Of a stretch of DNA of 64,000 bases, positions 43,513 through 52,186 are shown one piece after another. The stretch comes from Candidatus Poribacteria bacterium (GTDB lineage Bacteria > Poribacteria > WGA-4E > GCA-2687025), in assembly GCA_963665845.2 (NCBI GenBank), contig OY762492.1:1408001-1472000 (forward strand), written 5' to 3'. The notes under the pieces are model-generated. The model was not told where the DNA came from, did not search any database, and was given only the letters and a program-made list of their open reading frames with translations. How positions within the stretch are numbered: position 1 is the stretch's first letter; the number at the start of each line of letters is the position of its first letter. The position numbers were made by a program, and so were the translations under genes.

Positions 43513-45066
43513 TTAATGTCGAAAATGGCGGGCGCCGGTGAAGACCATCGCCGCGCCGACCGCGTCCGCGACGGCGACCGAGTCCTTGTCGCGCACGGAG
43601 CCGCCCGGCTGTATGAACGCGCGGATGCCGTGCGCCGCGCCAATCGCCGCGGTGTCTAAAAACGGCATGAGCGCGTCCGACGCCATGACGGCGCCTTCCG
43701 CTTCAAGACCCGCCTGCGCCAGCGCGATGCGCGCCGAATGAACGCGGTTCGGCTGTCCCGCGCCCATGCCGAGAAGCGTCTCACCCTTCGCCACCACGAT
43801 CGCGTTCGATTTGACATGCTTGGCGCATTTCCATGCGAAGCGCAGGTCCGCCCATTCCGCCTCGGTCGGTCGGCGCCGCGCCGCTGTTTGCCAGTCCGCC
43901 GGCGTCTGATTCAGCCCGTCGCCCTCTTGAACAAGCATGGCGCCTTCGACGCTGCGGTATCGAACCTGCGCTTCCTTTAGCAAAGGCAAGGTTAAGATGC
44001 GCAGGCTCTTGCTTCGGCTCAACAGCGCGGCCGCGGACGAGTCTACCGCCGGCGCAATCAACAGATGCAGCAATAGACGCTGTCCGCTGGTCGGATGCTT
44101 CGCCGCGCGAATCGTTTTGGCGAGCGGTTCGTCCACGGGGCGGTTGAAGGCGGCGATTCCTCCGAACGCGCTGATCGGATCCGCCGCAAACGCCGCCCTG
44201 AACGCTTCCCGCATGTCGTCTCGGCTTGCGAGTCCGCACGGGTTCGTGTGTTTCACGACGGCGCATGTCGGGCGTTCAAAGTCGCTCACGGCGCCCCATG
44301 CGGCGTCCGCGTCTAAAATGTTGTTATACGAAAGCTCCGCGCCCGCCAGCTGCTTCATCTGCGCCCATGGGCTGTCCTGCCCCTTGACGCGGTAAAAGGC
44401 GGCTTTCTGATGAGGGTTCTCGCCGTAACGCAGCGCCTGAATCCGCTCCATTTGCGCGGAGATCTGTTGCGCCAAAAACGGCTCCTCTCCGCCCAGATAA
44501 GCGGCGATGGCGGCGTCGTACTCGGCGGTCAATTGAAACGCCGCGAGCGCATAACGGCGGCGCGCCGCCTCGGAAATTCCCCCCGCCTGGCGCATCTCTT
44601 CCAGCGCTTCGCTGTACTGGGCGGGGTCGGTCAAGACGGCAACATGGGCATGGTTTTTCGCTGCGGCGCGTATCATCGCCGGTCCGCCGATGTCGATCAT
44701 CTCAACCGCCTCGTCGCGCGAGACGCCCTCCACCGAGACCGTTTTTTGAAACGGGTACAGGTTGCAGACGACCAGATCGATAAGGCGGACGCCATGCGCC
44801 TCCGCTTGACGCAGATGCTCTGGGTTGCCGCGCAGCGCTAAGATTCCGCCATGCGTTTTGGGGTGAAGCGTCTTGACGCGCCCGTCCATCATTTCGGGAA
44901 AGCCTGTGTAGTCGGACACTTCGATAGGTTCGATGCCCGCTTGGGCGAGGGCGCGCGCTGTTCCGCCCGTTGAGAGTATCTCGACGCCCAGGTCTTGCAG
45001 CGCGCGGCAGAATTCCACAATCCCCGTCTTGTCCGATACGCTCACTAGGGCGCGTTTGATCTTCAT
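43513..45066 (-). CDS. purH: AICAR transformylase/IMP cyclohydrolase
   Basis: ALVSVSDK, GRVKTLHP, LRYGENPHQ, KHVKSNAI, RHFRH. Confidence 0.97.
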   Translation of the reverse strand: MKIKRALVSVSDKTGIVEFCRALQDLGVEILSTGGTARALAQAGIEPIEVSDYTGFPEMMDGRVKTLHPKTHGGILALRGNPEHLRQAEAHGVRLIDLVVCNLYPFQKTVSVEGVSRDEAVEMIDIGGPAMIRAAAKNHAHVAVLTDPAQYSEALEEMRQAGGISEAARRRYALAAFQLTAEYDAAIAAYLGGEEPFLAQQISAQMERIQALRYGENPHQKAAFYRVKGQDSPWAQMKQLAGAELSYNNILDADAAWGAVSDFERPTCAVVKHTNPCGLASRDDMREAFRAAFAADPISAFGGIAAFNRPVDEPLAKTIRAAKHPTSGQRLLLHLLIAPAVDSSAAALLSRSKSLRILTLPLLKEAQVRYRSVEGAMLVQEGDGLNQTPADWQTAARRRPTEAEWADLRFAWKCAKHVKSNAIVVAKGETLLGMGAGQPNRVHSARIALAQAGLEAEGAVMASDALMPFLDTAAIGAAHGIRAFIQPGGSVRDKDSVAVADAVGAAMVFTGARHFRH

Positions 45067-45319
45067 TCCGTCTCCGTTCAGCCTCAACTGCGCATCGCCC
45101 CGCGCCATTCCGCTTTTATGTTACCCGATTTCGCCGCATAGATAAAGCGCAAAGGCGCGCCGGCATGGCTCTTCAGAGTTTGCGCCCCGTCGAAAGCCAT
45201 GCTAGATTTACGATACGGCATTGAGGCGGTCTTTAGATCAGCGGCGAAAAGGCGTTGGCACGGGGGAACGACTCCGTTAGGATAAAGTCGCAAGCGAAGT
45301 TTCTGGCGCATGGCGCTCA

Positions 45320-45505
45320 ATGTACAGGGGCGTTCGGTTTGATGAAGACGGGCTTTACCACGCCGAATCTGGCACATTCCTAAACGCGCTTTTATGGGAC
45401 GATGTTTGGCCGGGGTGTCCGGGATTCTTTGATGGCGATGTTGGGAGGAAATGGTATGCTCGCGAGCTTCGTAAGATGCCTGATGGGTCGGTGTCTTCAG
45501 AGTAG
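45320..45505 (+). CDS. Possible small hypothetical protein or gene fragment
   Basis: 61-aa ORF with protein-like composition in an otherwise empty gap; no clear RBS. Confidence 0.3.
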   Translation: MYRGVRFDEDGLYHAESGTFLNALLWDDVWPGCPGFFDGDVGRKWYARELRKMPDGSVSSE

Positions 45506-45562
45506 AGCCGCCCATCCTGCAACCCCAACTTCAACGGCGGCGCCAATAAAACGGCGTCGCCG

Positions 45563-46645
45563 ATGGAAAGGAAAATGCTCATGGAAAAACATCGATCCGC
45601 TCTGCTCAGCGTTGGCGCTATCGCCTGCTTGATCATTCCTGTCCTCGCCTTTGCCGCGCCGACGCTGCCGAGGCCGCTGGAGAATGTGACAAAACTGGAA
45701 CGGCCCACCATCTGCTATGCAGGGAAAAGCGGATGGGGGCTGTATCTGATCGATTGGGACGGCGAAAACAACCGGCTCTGGATTAGCGACAAAACGCGGA
45801 TTGCCAGTACGCCGAGATGGAGTCCCAACGGCAAGCGCGCCGCTCTTGTTGCGTATTCCGATGAGGACGGGTACACGCTCTTTATGATTGAACTGGAAAC
45901 GAACAAGGTTATCAACCTGAATGCGCGGCTTCGCGATCCAAAGTTGATTCTCAGATCGCCGCAATGGTCTCCGGACAGCAACTGGATCGCCTGCACCGGC
46001 AATATCGCCGTTGAACGGGACCATGACATCTACAAGCTGCATATTCCGACGGGAAAACTTGTCAAGATAACCTCATCGAAGGAGTACGACGAACGATTTC
46101 CCTACTTTTCGCCGGACGGGAAAAAGATCGCTTATTACGCATGGCACGGAATCGGCGAAAATGAGACCTCCGACATCTTCGTCATGGACGCCGACGGGAA
46201 AAACAAAAAACAGCTGACAGCGTCGCTTGCGCAGGATTCCTCCCCGATCTGGACGCCGGACGGAAAGAGGATCATTTTTGACTCCTACAATCGATTGGGT
46301 GAGCGGCTCTACGATCTGTTTATCATGGACGCTGACGGATCGAATCTTGAGCGGTTCACATTCGATAGGAAGAGCAAATCGCAGCCTTCATGGTCTCCGG
46401 ACGGCAAATGGTTGATCTACGACGCGAACTATGAATGGCCTCTCGGCAACATTTACCGCATGCATGTGGAGACGAAAGAGGTGGTGCGGGTGTCTCCTGT
46501 GCATGCGCTTTTACCTAAGTGGGTCTTGGCGGGCAAGAGCCGCTTTCTCTCCGTTGATCCAGCGGGTAAAAAAAAAGCGCAGTGGGGAGCGTTGAAAAAA
46601 GCGGACAGCAGCCCGAATAGTCCAACGCCGCAAGACGGCGAATGA
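45563..46645 (+). CDS. Secreted TolB-like (PD40) beta-propeller protein with C-terminal SVDPAGK....WGALK motif
   Basis: Signal peptide; repeated WSPDG/FSPDG and MDADG. Confidence 0.9.
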   Translation: MERKMLMEKHRSALLSVGAIACLIIPVLAFAAPTLPRPLENVTKLERPTICYAGKSGWGLYLIDWDGENNRLWISDKTRIASTPRWSPNGKRAALVAYSDEDGYTLFMIELETNKVINLNARLRDPKLILRSPQWSPDSNWIACTGNIAVERDHDIYKLHIPTGKLVKITSSKEYDERFPYFSPDGKKIAYYAWHGIGENETSDIFVMDADGKNKKQLTASLAQDSSPIWTPDGKRIIFDSYNRLGERLYDLFIMDADGSNLERFTFDRKSKSQPSWSPDGKWLIYDANYEWPLGNIYRMHVETKEVVRVSPVHALLPKWVLAGKSRFLSVDPAGKKKAQWGALKKADSSPNSPTPQDGE

Positions 46646-46960
46646 GAAGCGGGGCATGCCTTCCCTACCAGCGCATGTTCTTCATGGCGGTCGGCGGCTC
46701 CATCTCTTCCTCAGGCAGCAGGCGCGGGGTTTCTGGACTCCCCCTTCAAAAGGGGGGCTGGGGGTTTAGCCGCGCCCGGAATGCATGTCCTCGCGGGCAT
46801 GTCCTCGTGAAAACGGGGGACGAGGCGTTGATTCAAACAGGATTTTCGTACATCATCGTCTATAGAGACTGCCAAAAACTGCTTGCCGACCGCCTTCTCT
46901 CCCGCTATGATTCCAGATGAAATCGATACGATGCATTTTGACAGAAAAGGTTGATGTTCG

Positions 46961-47998
46961 ATGCCAAGCGATTCTCTGAACGTTGCGGTGATGGGAGCGA
47001 CCGGCGCCGTAGGCGGCGTCATGCTCCAGATACTGGAAGAGCGCGATTTTCCGATCGCGTCGCTGAAACTGCTCGCTTCCTCGCGTTCCGCCGGCAAGAC
47101 GCTCGCCTTCAAAGGCGAACCGCATGTCGTTGAAGAATTGACCGACGACTCCTTTGAGGGGGTGGATCTTGTTCTCTCCTCCGCCGGCGGATCGGTCAGC
47201 AAGCGTTTCCTTCCCGCCGCCGTGAAGGCCGGCGCCGTCTGCATCGACAACACCTCCGCCTTCCGCATGGACGACGAGGTTCCGCTTGTCGTTCCTGAAG
47301 TGAACCCGCATGCCGCCTTCAACCATAAGGGCGTCATCGCAAATCCGAACTGCTCAACGATACAGATGGTCGCCGCGCTCAAGCCGCTCCATGACGCCGC
47401 GCGCGTCAAGCGGGTTGTCGTCTCCACCTATCAGGGCGTTTCGGGCGCCGGAACGCTGGCGTCTGAAGAAGCGAAGGAGCAGCTCCGCGAGGCGCTGGAC
47501 GGGGAGGAGCCGTCCCTGCGCGGCAAGTTCGTTCATCCCATCGCGTTCAACTGCATTCCGCAGATTTCGCACAGCGTCGGCTCCAACCCGTTCGGACCGG
47601 ACGGCTACACCGACGAAGAAACAAAGATGACGCTCGAGACGGTGAAGATCATGGAAGATGAGAATGTGAAGGTGACGGCGACGACGGTGCGCGTCCCTGT
47701 TCTCGTCGGACATTCCGAATCGATCAACGTGGAAACGGAGAAGCCGCTGTCGGCGGATCAAGCGAAGGCGCTGTTGGAACGCGCCCCCGGCGTCACGGTG
47801 ATCGACAACCCGGCGAAACATCAGTATCCGACCGCTATCGACGCCGCCGGCAAGGACGATGTGTTTGTCGGGCGCATCCGCGAGGACGCGTCCGCCGACA
47901 ATTGCCTCAATATGTGGGTAGTCGCCGACAATTTGCGCAAGGGCGCCGCGCTGAACGCCGTTCAGATTGCCGAGCTGCTGTTCACGGGTTCAAAATAA
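46961..47998 (+). CDS. asd: Aspartate-semialdehyde dehydrogenase
   Basis: GATGAVG, IANPNCST, DNLRKGAALNAVQI. Confidence 0.97.
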   Translation: MPSDSLNVAVMGATGAVGGVMLQILEERDFPIASLKLLASSRSAGKTLAFKGEPHVVEELTDDSFEGVDLVLSSAGGSVSKRFLPAAVKAGAVCIDNTSAFRMDDEVPLVVPEVNPHAAFNHKGVIANPNCSTIQMVAALKPLHDAARVKRVVVSTYQGVSGAGTLASEEAKEQLREALDGEEPSLRGKFVHPIAFNCIPQISHSVGSNPFGPDGYTDEETKMTLETVKIMEDENVKVTATTVRVPVLVGHSESINVETEKPLSADQAKALLERAPGVTVIDNPAKHQYPTAIDAAGKDDVFVGRIREDASADNCLNMWVVADNLRKGAALNAVQIAELLFTGSK

Positions 47999-48971
47999 GT
48001 TTGCCAGGCGCGCCCTCGTCAAACGCTTGAAACGCGGCAGCCGCCTCTTGAAGCGGATACCGCCTGCCGATCAGCCGCTCCGCCTGCAGCCCAGCCTCCC
48101 GCATGGCGAGCATGTCGGGATAGTCCGAAAAATGATAGTACAGGCTGCCCATGAGCGTCAGGTCTTTATGAATCAGGTCGCGGCTTGGGGAGACGGGCAG
48201 CTCCCCCTGCTCGCCGACCGCCATGACGGTTCCGCCCTTTCGCGCGATGTCGAGTAGTAAGCGGAGCGCCTGCGGTTTTCCGGACGCCTCGATGCAGCAG
48301 CGCGGCAGTCCGCCCGCCGTTTCAAGTACCGCTTCGTCAGGGCGGTCGATCTCGTTCAGGTTGAGAGTCGCTTCGGCGCCGAGTCGGCGGGCAAACTCCA
48401 GTCGGCGCGGGTTCATGTCCAGTACAACGACGCGCGCCCCCAGAAACGTCTGAACGAGCGCATTTCCAAGCCCGATCGGTCCCGCGCCCGTTATGCAGAC
48501 CCATTCGCCGCGCGTTTCTCCGAGCCGTTGAGAAACGCGGTAGGGAACGCCCAGCCCGTCCCCTGTGTAAAGGACGCCCTCCTCAAAGCTCATGTCGTCC
48601 GGCATCGGCAGGCAAACATGTTCGGGCGCGGCGACGCGCTCGGAATGTCCGCCGCCGCTGTGGCGCAGGCGCGGGCATCGGGTGTACCGCCCCTGTTCGC
48701 ATTCGGCGCAGCCGCCGCATCCCCAGACGGCATGGACGCCGACGCGCGCGCCGACCTGAAAGCGGGCGGAGCCGCCGTTATGGACGACAACGCCGGCGAT
48801 TTCATGTCCGTTGTTGGAGGGGCGCGGCTGCGTTCCGCGGTAGGCGGGCATTTCGCTTCCGCAGATGCCGGACGCTTTCACATCGATGGCGAGCCAGCCG
48901 GGGTTCGGGTTCGGCTCCTGCGCCTCTACGATTTTGACTTGTCGATTTCCCATGACGCGGACAGCGATCAT
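47982..48971 (-). CDS. Zinc-binding dehydrogenase
   Basis: GICGSE, GHEIAG, CGGCAEC...C, GAGPIG. Confidence 0.92.
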   Translation of the reverse strand: MIAVRVMGNRQVKIVEAQEPNPNPGWLAIDVKASGICGSEMPAYRGTQPRPSNNGHEIAGVVVHNGGSARFQVGARVGVHAVWGCGGCAECEQGRYTRCPRLRHSGGGHSERVAAPEHVCLPMPDDMSFEEGVLYTGDGLGVPYRVSQRLGETRGEWVCITGAGPIGLGNALVQTFLGARVVVLDMNPRRLEFARRLGAEATLNLNEIDRPDEAVLETAGGLPRCCIEASGKPQALRLLLDIARKGGTVMAVGEQGELPVSPSRDLIHKDLTLMGSLYYHFSDYPDMLAMREAGLQAERLIGRRYPLQEAAAAFQAFDEGAPGKLILNP

Positions 48972-49032
48972 CGGCGTCTCTCATTCTTGAAAAGGGGCTG
49001 AAGGGATTTAGCCGCGCCTGGAATTTGTCAGG

Positions 49033-49797
49033 TCAATCGCCGGCGCGGCGCATTCTTTTTCGCATTGCCGCTTCCGCCGCCGCCAGCTCTTCGGGCGTGT
49101 CGACGCCGATGGTAGAGTGGGGCGTTACAGACACATAGATGCGGTAGCCGTTCTCAAGGGCGCGCAGCTGCTCTAAGCCTTCGCGCCGCTCCAACGGGGT
49201 CGGCTCAAGGCTTGTCAAGGTGTGAAGAAAGCCGCGCCGAAACCCGTATAAACCGACATGGCGCAGCGACAACTGCTCAGGGTCGGAATGATCGTCCGCG
49301 CGGCAGCCGGGGATCGACGCGCGGGAGAAGTACAGCGCAAACCCCTCTTTATCGGTGACCACCTTCACAACGTTTCGGCTCATGAAATCGGCGCGGTCGG
49401 TCAGCTTTTCGGCAAGCGTCGTCATGACAACCGCGTCGTCGCGGAAAAACGGCTCCGCCAGCGCGTCCAGCATCGCCGGCTCCAGCAGCGGCTCATCGCC
49501 CTGTATGTTCAACACAATCTCATAGTCGGGGTAACGGAAGCTCACCTCGGCGACGCGGTCGGTTCCAGTCGCGCATTCGCCCGTCATGACGGCGTCGCCA
49601 AACGGATCGACGGCGCGCGCGATTCGCTCATCGTCGGTCGCCACCGCCGCCCAGTCCACATACTGCGCGCGGACGGCGCGCTCATACACATGCTGAATCA
49701 TCGGCTTGCCGAGTATGGGCGCGAGCGGTTTGCCCGGAAAACGGGCGGAGTTGTACCGCGCAGGAATCACCCCTAGAACTTTCTGCCGCGTTTTCAT
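49033..49797 (-). CDS. kdsB: CMP-Kdo synthetase
   Basis: IPARYNSARFPGKPL, NIQGDEP, ALYFSR, LEQLRAL. Confidence 0.96.
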   Translation of the reverse strand: MKTRQKVLGVIPARYNSARFPGKPLAPILGKPMIQHVYERAVRAQYVDWAAVATDDERIARAVDPFGDAVMTGECATGTDRVAEVSFRYPDYEIVLNIQGDEPLLEPAMLDALAEPFFRDDAVVMTTLAEKLTDRADFMSRNVVKVVTDKEGFALYFSRASIPGCRADDHSDPEQLSLRHVGLYGFRRGFLHTLTSLEPTPLERREGLEQLRALENGYRIYVSVTPHSTIGVDTPEELAAAEAAMRKRMRRAGD

Positions 49798-50825
49798 TCG
49801 CCTCTTCCTCCTGATATGCGCGTCTCGCGCCCTCCTAAGCGGGACGATTCATAGATGGCGAAGATGACCGCCAACACTTTCCGCCCTTCCGCCCCGTCCA
49901 CTTTAGGCGGGCGTCCCTCTGCGACCGCCGCCGCAAAATCTTCCAGCGCGCGCGGATGGCTTCTTCCGTAGTACGATTTGCCTTGAAAACGGCTCTCATC
50001 GTCCGCTGTTGGAAGCGGCGGCGCGTTTTTCAACCCGCGCGTGAAAACCCGCTCCCCCTCGATAACGACCGTTCCAAGCGTCCCTGAAATCTCAATGCGC
50101 TCCTCGGTCTGCGGATAGGCGGCGGTGGACGCTTCCACGATGCCGACAGCCCCGTTTGCGAAACGCAGCGCGGCGGCGGCTGTGTCCTCCACCTCAATAT
50201 CGTAGGCGCGCGCTGTACAATAACCCGTTGCGCTGACAGCGCCGCCCATCGTCCAGCAAAGCACATCCAGCGCATGGATCGCCTGGTTGATCAGTACGCC
50301 GCCGCCCGCTTTCTCTTTGGAGCCGCGCCATGAGTTCGGGTCGTAATAGTCGGCGCCTCTAAACCAGCGCACAAAAACGCTCGCCAGCGTCACAATTCCA
50401 AGCAGCTCCTCATCGATGAGCCGTTTGACATAAAGCGCCGCCGGGTCGAATCGGTGTTGAAGAACGGCGCCGAGCAGAACGCCTTGATCTTCGCATACCT
50501 GAATGAGCCTGTCCGCATCCTCCAGCGAGGTTGCCATCGGCTTTTCCACCAGAACATGCTTGCCCGCTTCAGCCGCTTCTACCGCCATCGGCGCATGCAG
50601 AAAATGAGGCGAACAGACGCAGACCGCGTCAATGGACGGATCGTCCAGAAGGCGGCGGTAGTCCGTGTAGCCGTTCGGGATGCCGAATTCTGCCCTGAAC
50701 TGATCCAGCCGCTCTTGAGAAGTGTCCGCCGCGGCTGCCAGCTGAACGCCTTCGATGCCGTTCAGCGCCGCGGCGTGCGTCGGCGAGACGACGCCGCATC
50801 CGATGATCCCGAAACGCACCGCCAT
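49794..50825 (-). CDS. Gfo/Idh/MocA oxidoreductase
   Basis: GIIGCG, HVLVEKP, GGGVLINQAIH. Confidence 0.93.
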   Translation of the reverse strand: MAVRFGIIGCGVVSPTHAAALNGIEGVQLAAAADTSQERLDQFRAEFGIPNGYTDYRRLLDDPSIDAVCVCSPHFLHAPMAVEAAEAGKHVLVEKPMATSLEDADRLIQVCEDQGVLLGAVLQHRFDPAALYVKRLIDEELLGIVTLASVFVRWFRGADYYDPNSWRGSKEKAGGGVLINQAIHALDVLCWTMGGAVSATGYCTARAYDIEVEDTAAAALRFANGAVGIVEASTAAYPQTEERIEISGTLGTVVIEGERVFTRGLKNAPPLPTADDESRFQGKSYYGRSHPRALEDFAAAVAEGRPPKVDGAEGRKVLAVIFAIYESSRLGGRETRISGGRGE

Positions 50826-50838
50826 GCCGCCCCCGCTT

Positions 50839-51813
50839 TCAGCTGTCCAGAACTTCAGGATTCACGATATGCGCCGGGCGGCGCCCTTCGATGACCGCGA
50901 TGGCGTTTTCAACCGCCAGCTGCGCCATCTTCGTCCGCGTTTCGATGGTCGCGCTGCCGAGATGCGGGATGAGAACCGCGTTCCCGCATTCCGCCAAACC
51001 GGGCGCCAGCTTCGGCTCCTCCTCATAAACATCCAGCCCCGCGCCTGCAATCTCGCCGGAACGCAGCGCCTCAACCAGCGCCGCCTCGTCCACAATCGGA
51101 CCGCGCGCCGTGTTGATGAGAAACGCGGTCGGCTTCATCATTCCCAACTGCGCCGCCCCGATCATATGCCGCGTCTCCTCCGACATCGGAACATGGACGG
51201 AGAGATAGTCGCTCTCGCGCAGCAGCGTATCCAGGTCCACTTTTTGCGCGTGGTATTTCTGCTCCGCTTCGGGGCGGTCGGATCGGTTCGTGTAAAGGAT
51301 GCGCATATCGAACCCCTGCGCCCGCTTGGCGACAGCGGTACCGATGCGCCCCATGCCCAAGATTCCGAGCGTTTTGCCGTACACATCGTACCCAAGCATC
51401 ATGAGCGGACCCCAGCCGTCAAATTTGCCGGCGCGGGTGAAGGCGTCCCCCTCGGCGATGCGCCGCGCCGAAGCGAGTATCAGCGCAAAGGCAAGGTCGG
51501 CGCTCGTGTCGGTCAAGACGCCGGGCGTGTTGGTGACAGGCAGCTTGCGCTCCGTCGCCGCTTCGACATCGATGTTGTTGTACCCGACGGCGTAGTTTGA
51601 CAAGACGCGCAGATTCGGCTCCGCGTCCATCACTTCGGCGTCAATGGCGTCGGTCAGGAGGCAGAGCAGCGCGTCTTTACCCTGGACGCCGTCCATGACT
51701 TCCTGTTTTAAAAGAACGCGGTTGTCAGGGTTGATCGAAACGTCAAAGACCTCCGCGAGACGGTCTAACGGCGGTTGCGGCAGGCGGCGCGTGACAAATA
51801 TCGTTGGCTTCAA
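50839..51813 (-). CDS. D-2-hydroxyacid dehydrogenase (glyoxylate reductase type)
   Basis: AVGYNNID, GMGRIG, NTARG, GLDVYEEEP, PHLGSAT. Confidence 0.94.
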   Translation of the reverse strand: MKPTIFVTRRLPQPPLDRLAEVFDVSINPDNRVLLKQEVMDGVQGKDALLCLLTDAIDAEVMDAEPNLRVLSNYAVGYNNIDVEAATERKLPVTNTPGVLTDTSADLAFALILASARRIAEGDAFTRAGKFDGWGPLMMLGYDVYGKTLGILGMGRIGTAVAKRAQGFDMRILYTNRSDRPEAEQKYHAQKVDLDTLLRESDYLSVHVPMSEETRHMIGAAQLGMMKPTAFLINTARGPIVDEAALVEALRSGEIAGAGLDVYEEEPKLAPGLAECGNAVLIPHLGSATIETRTKMAQLAVENAIAVIEGRRPAHIVNPEVLDS

Positions 51814-51892
51814 CAGAATCCTCTCCTAGACGGCGCGGCTCATCAAGCAACAAAAGTATAGCGCCGATGGACGCGCAAATCGAGTCGAGGTT

Positions 51893-52165
51893 CCGACCTT
51901 ACGTCTTTAGTTGGGACATGTCGGCATGCGAACGCGGACATCTTCTGCGGCGCTTCTAGATTCCCGCTTGCGCGGGAATGACGCCTGCCGGGCGCGGGGC
52001 TTCATGGACTCCCCCCTTGAAAAGGGGGGCTGGGGGGTTTCCGCCGTGCGCGGCGGGCGAACGCGGACATCTTCTGCGGCGCTTCTAGATTCCCGCTTGC
52101 GCGGGAATGACGCCTGCCGGGCGCGGGGCTTCATGGACTCCCCTTGAAAGGGGGGCTGGGGTGTT
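51893..52165. mobile_element. MITE-like copy with an internal ~100-bp duplication
   Basis: Left TIR CCGACCTTACGTCTTTAGTTGGGAC; about 51928-52030 repeated at about 52057-52158. Confidence 0.7.
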
Positions 52166-52186
52166 TGCTTACGGATTGCGCCGCGT

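Noticed and set aside
45067-45220. ZTP or purine riboswitch upstream of purH
   Set aside because: Conserved ZTP and purine aptamer motifs not found
45221-45236. TTGAGGCGGTCT match to the IS1 right end
   Set aside because: Only 12 bp, with no partner end or transposase remnant; could be chance
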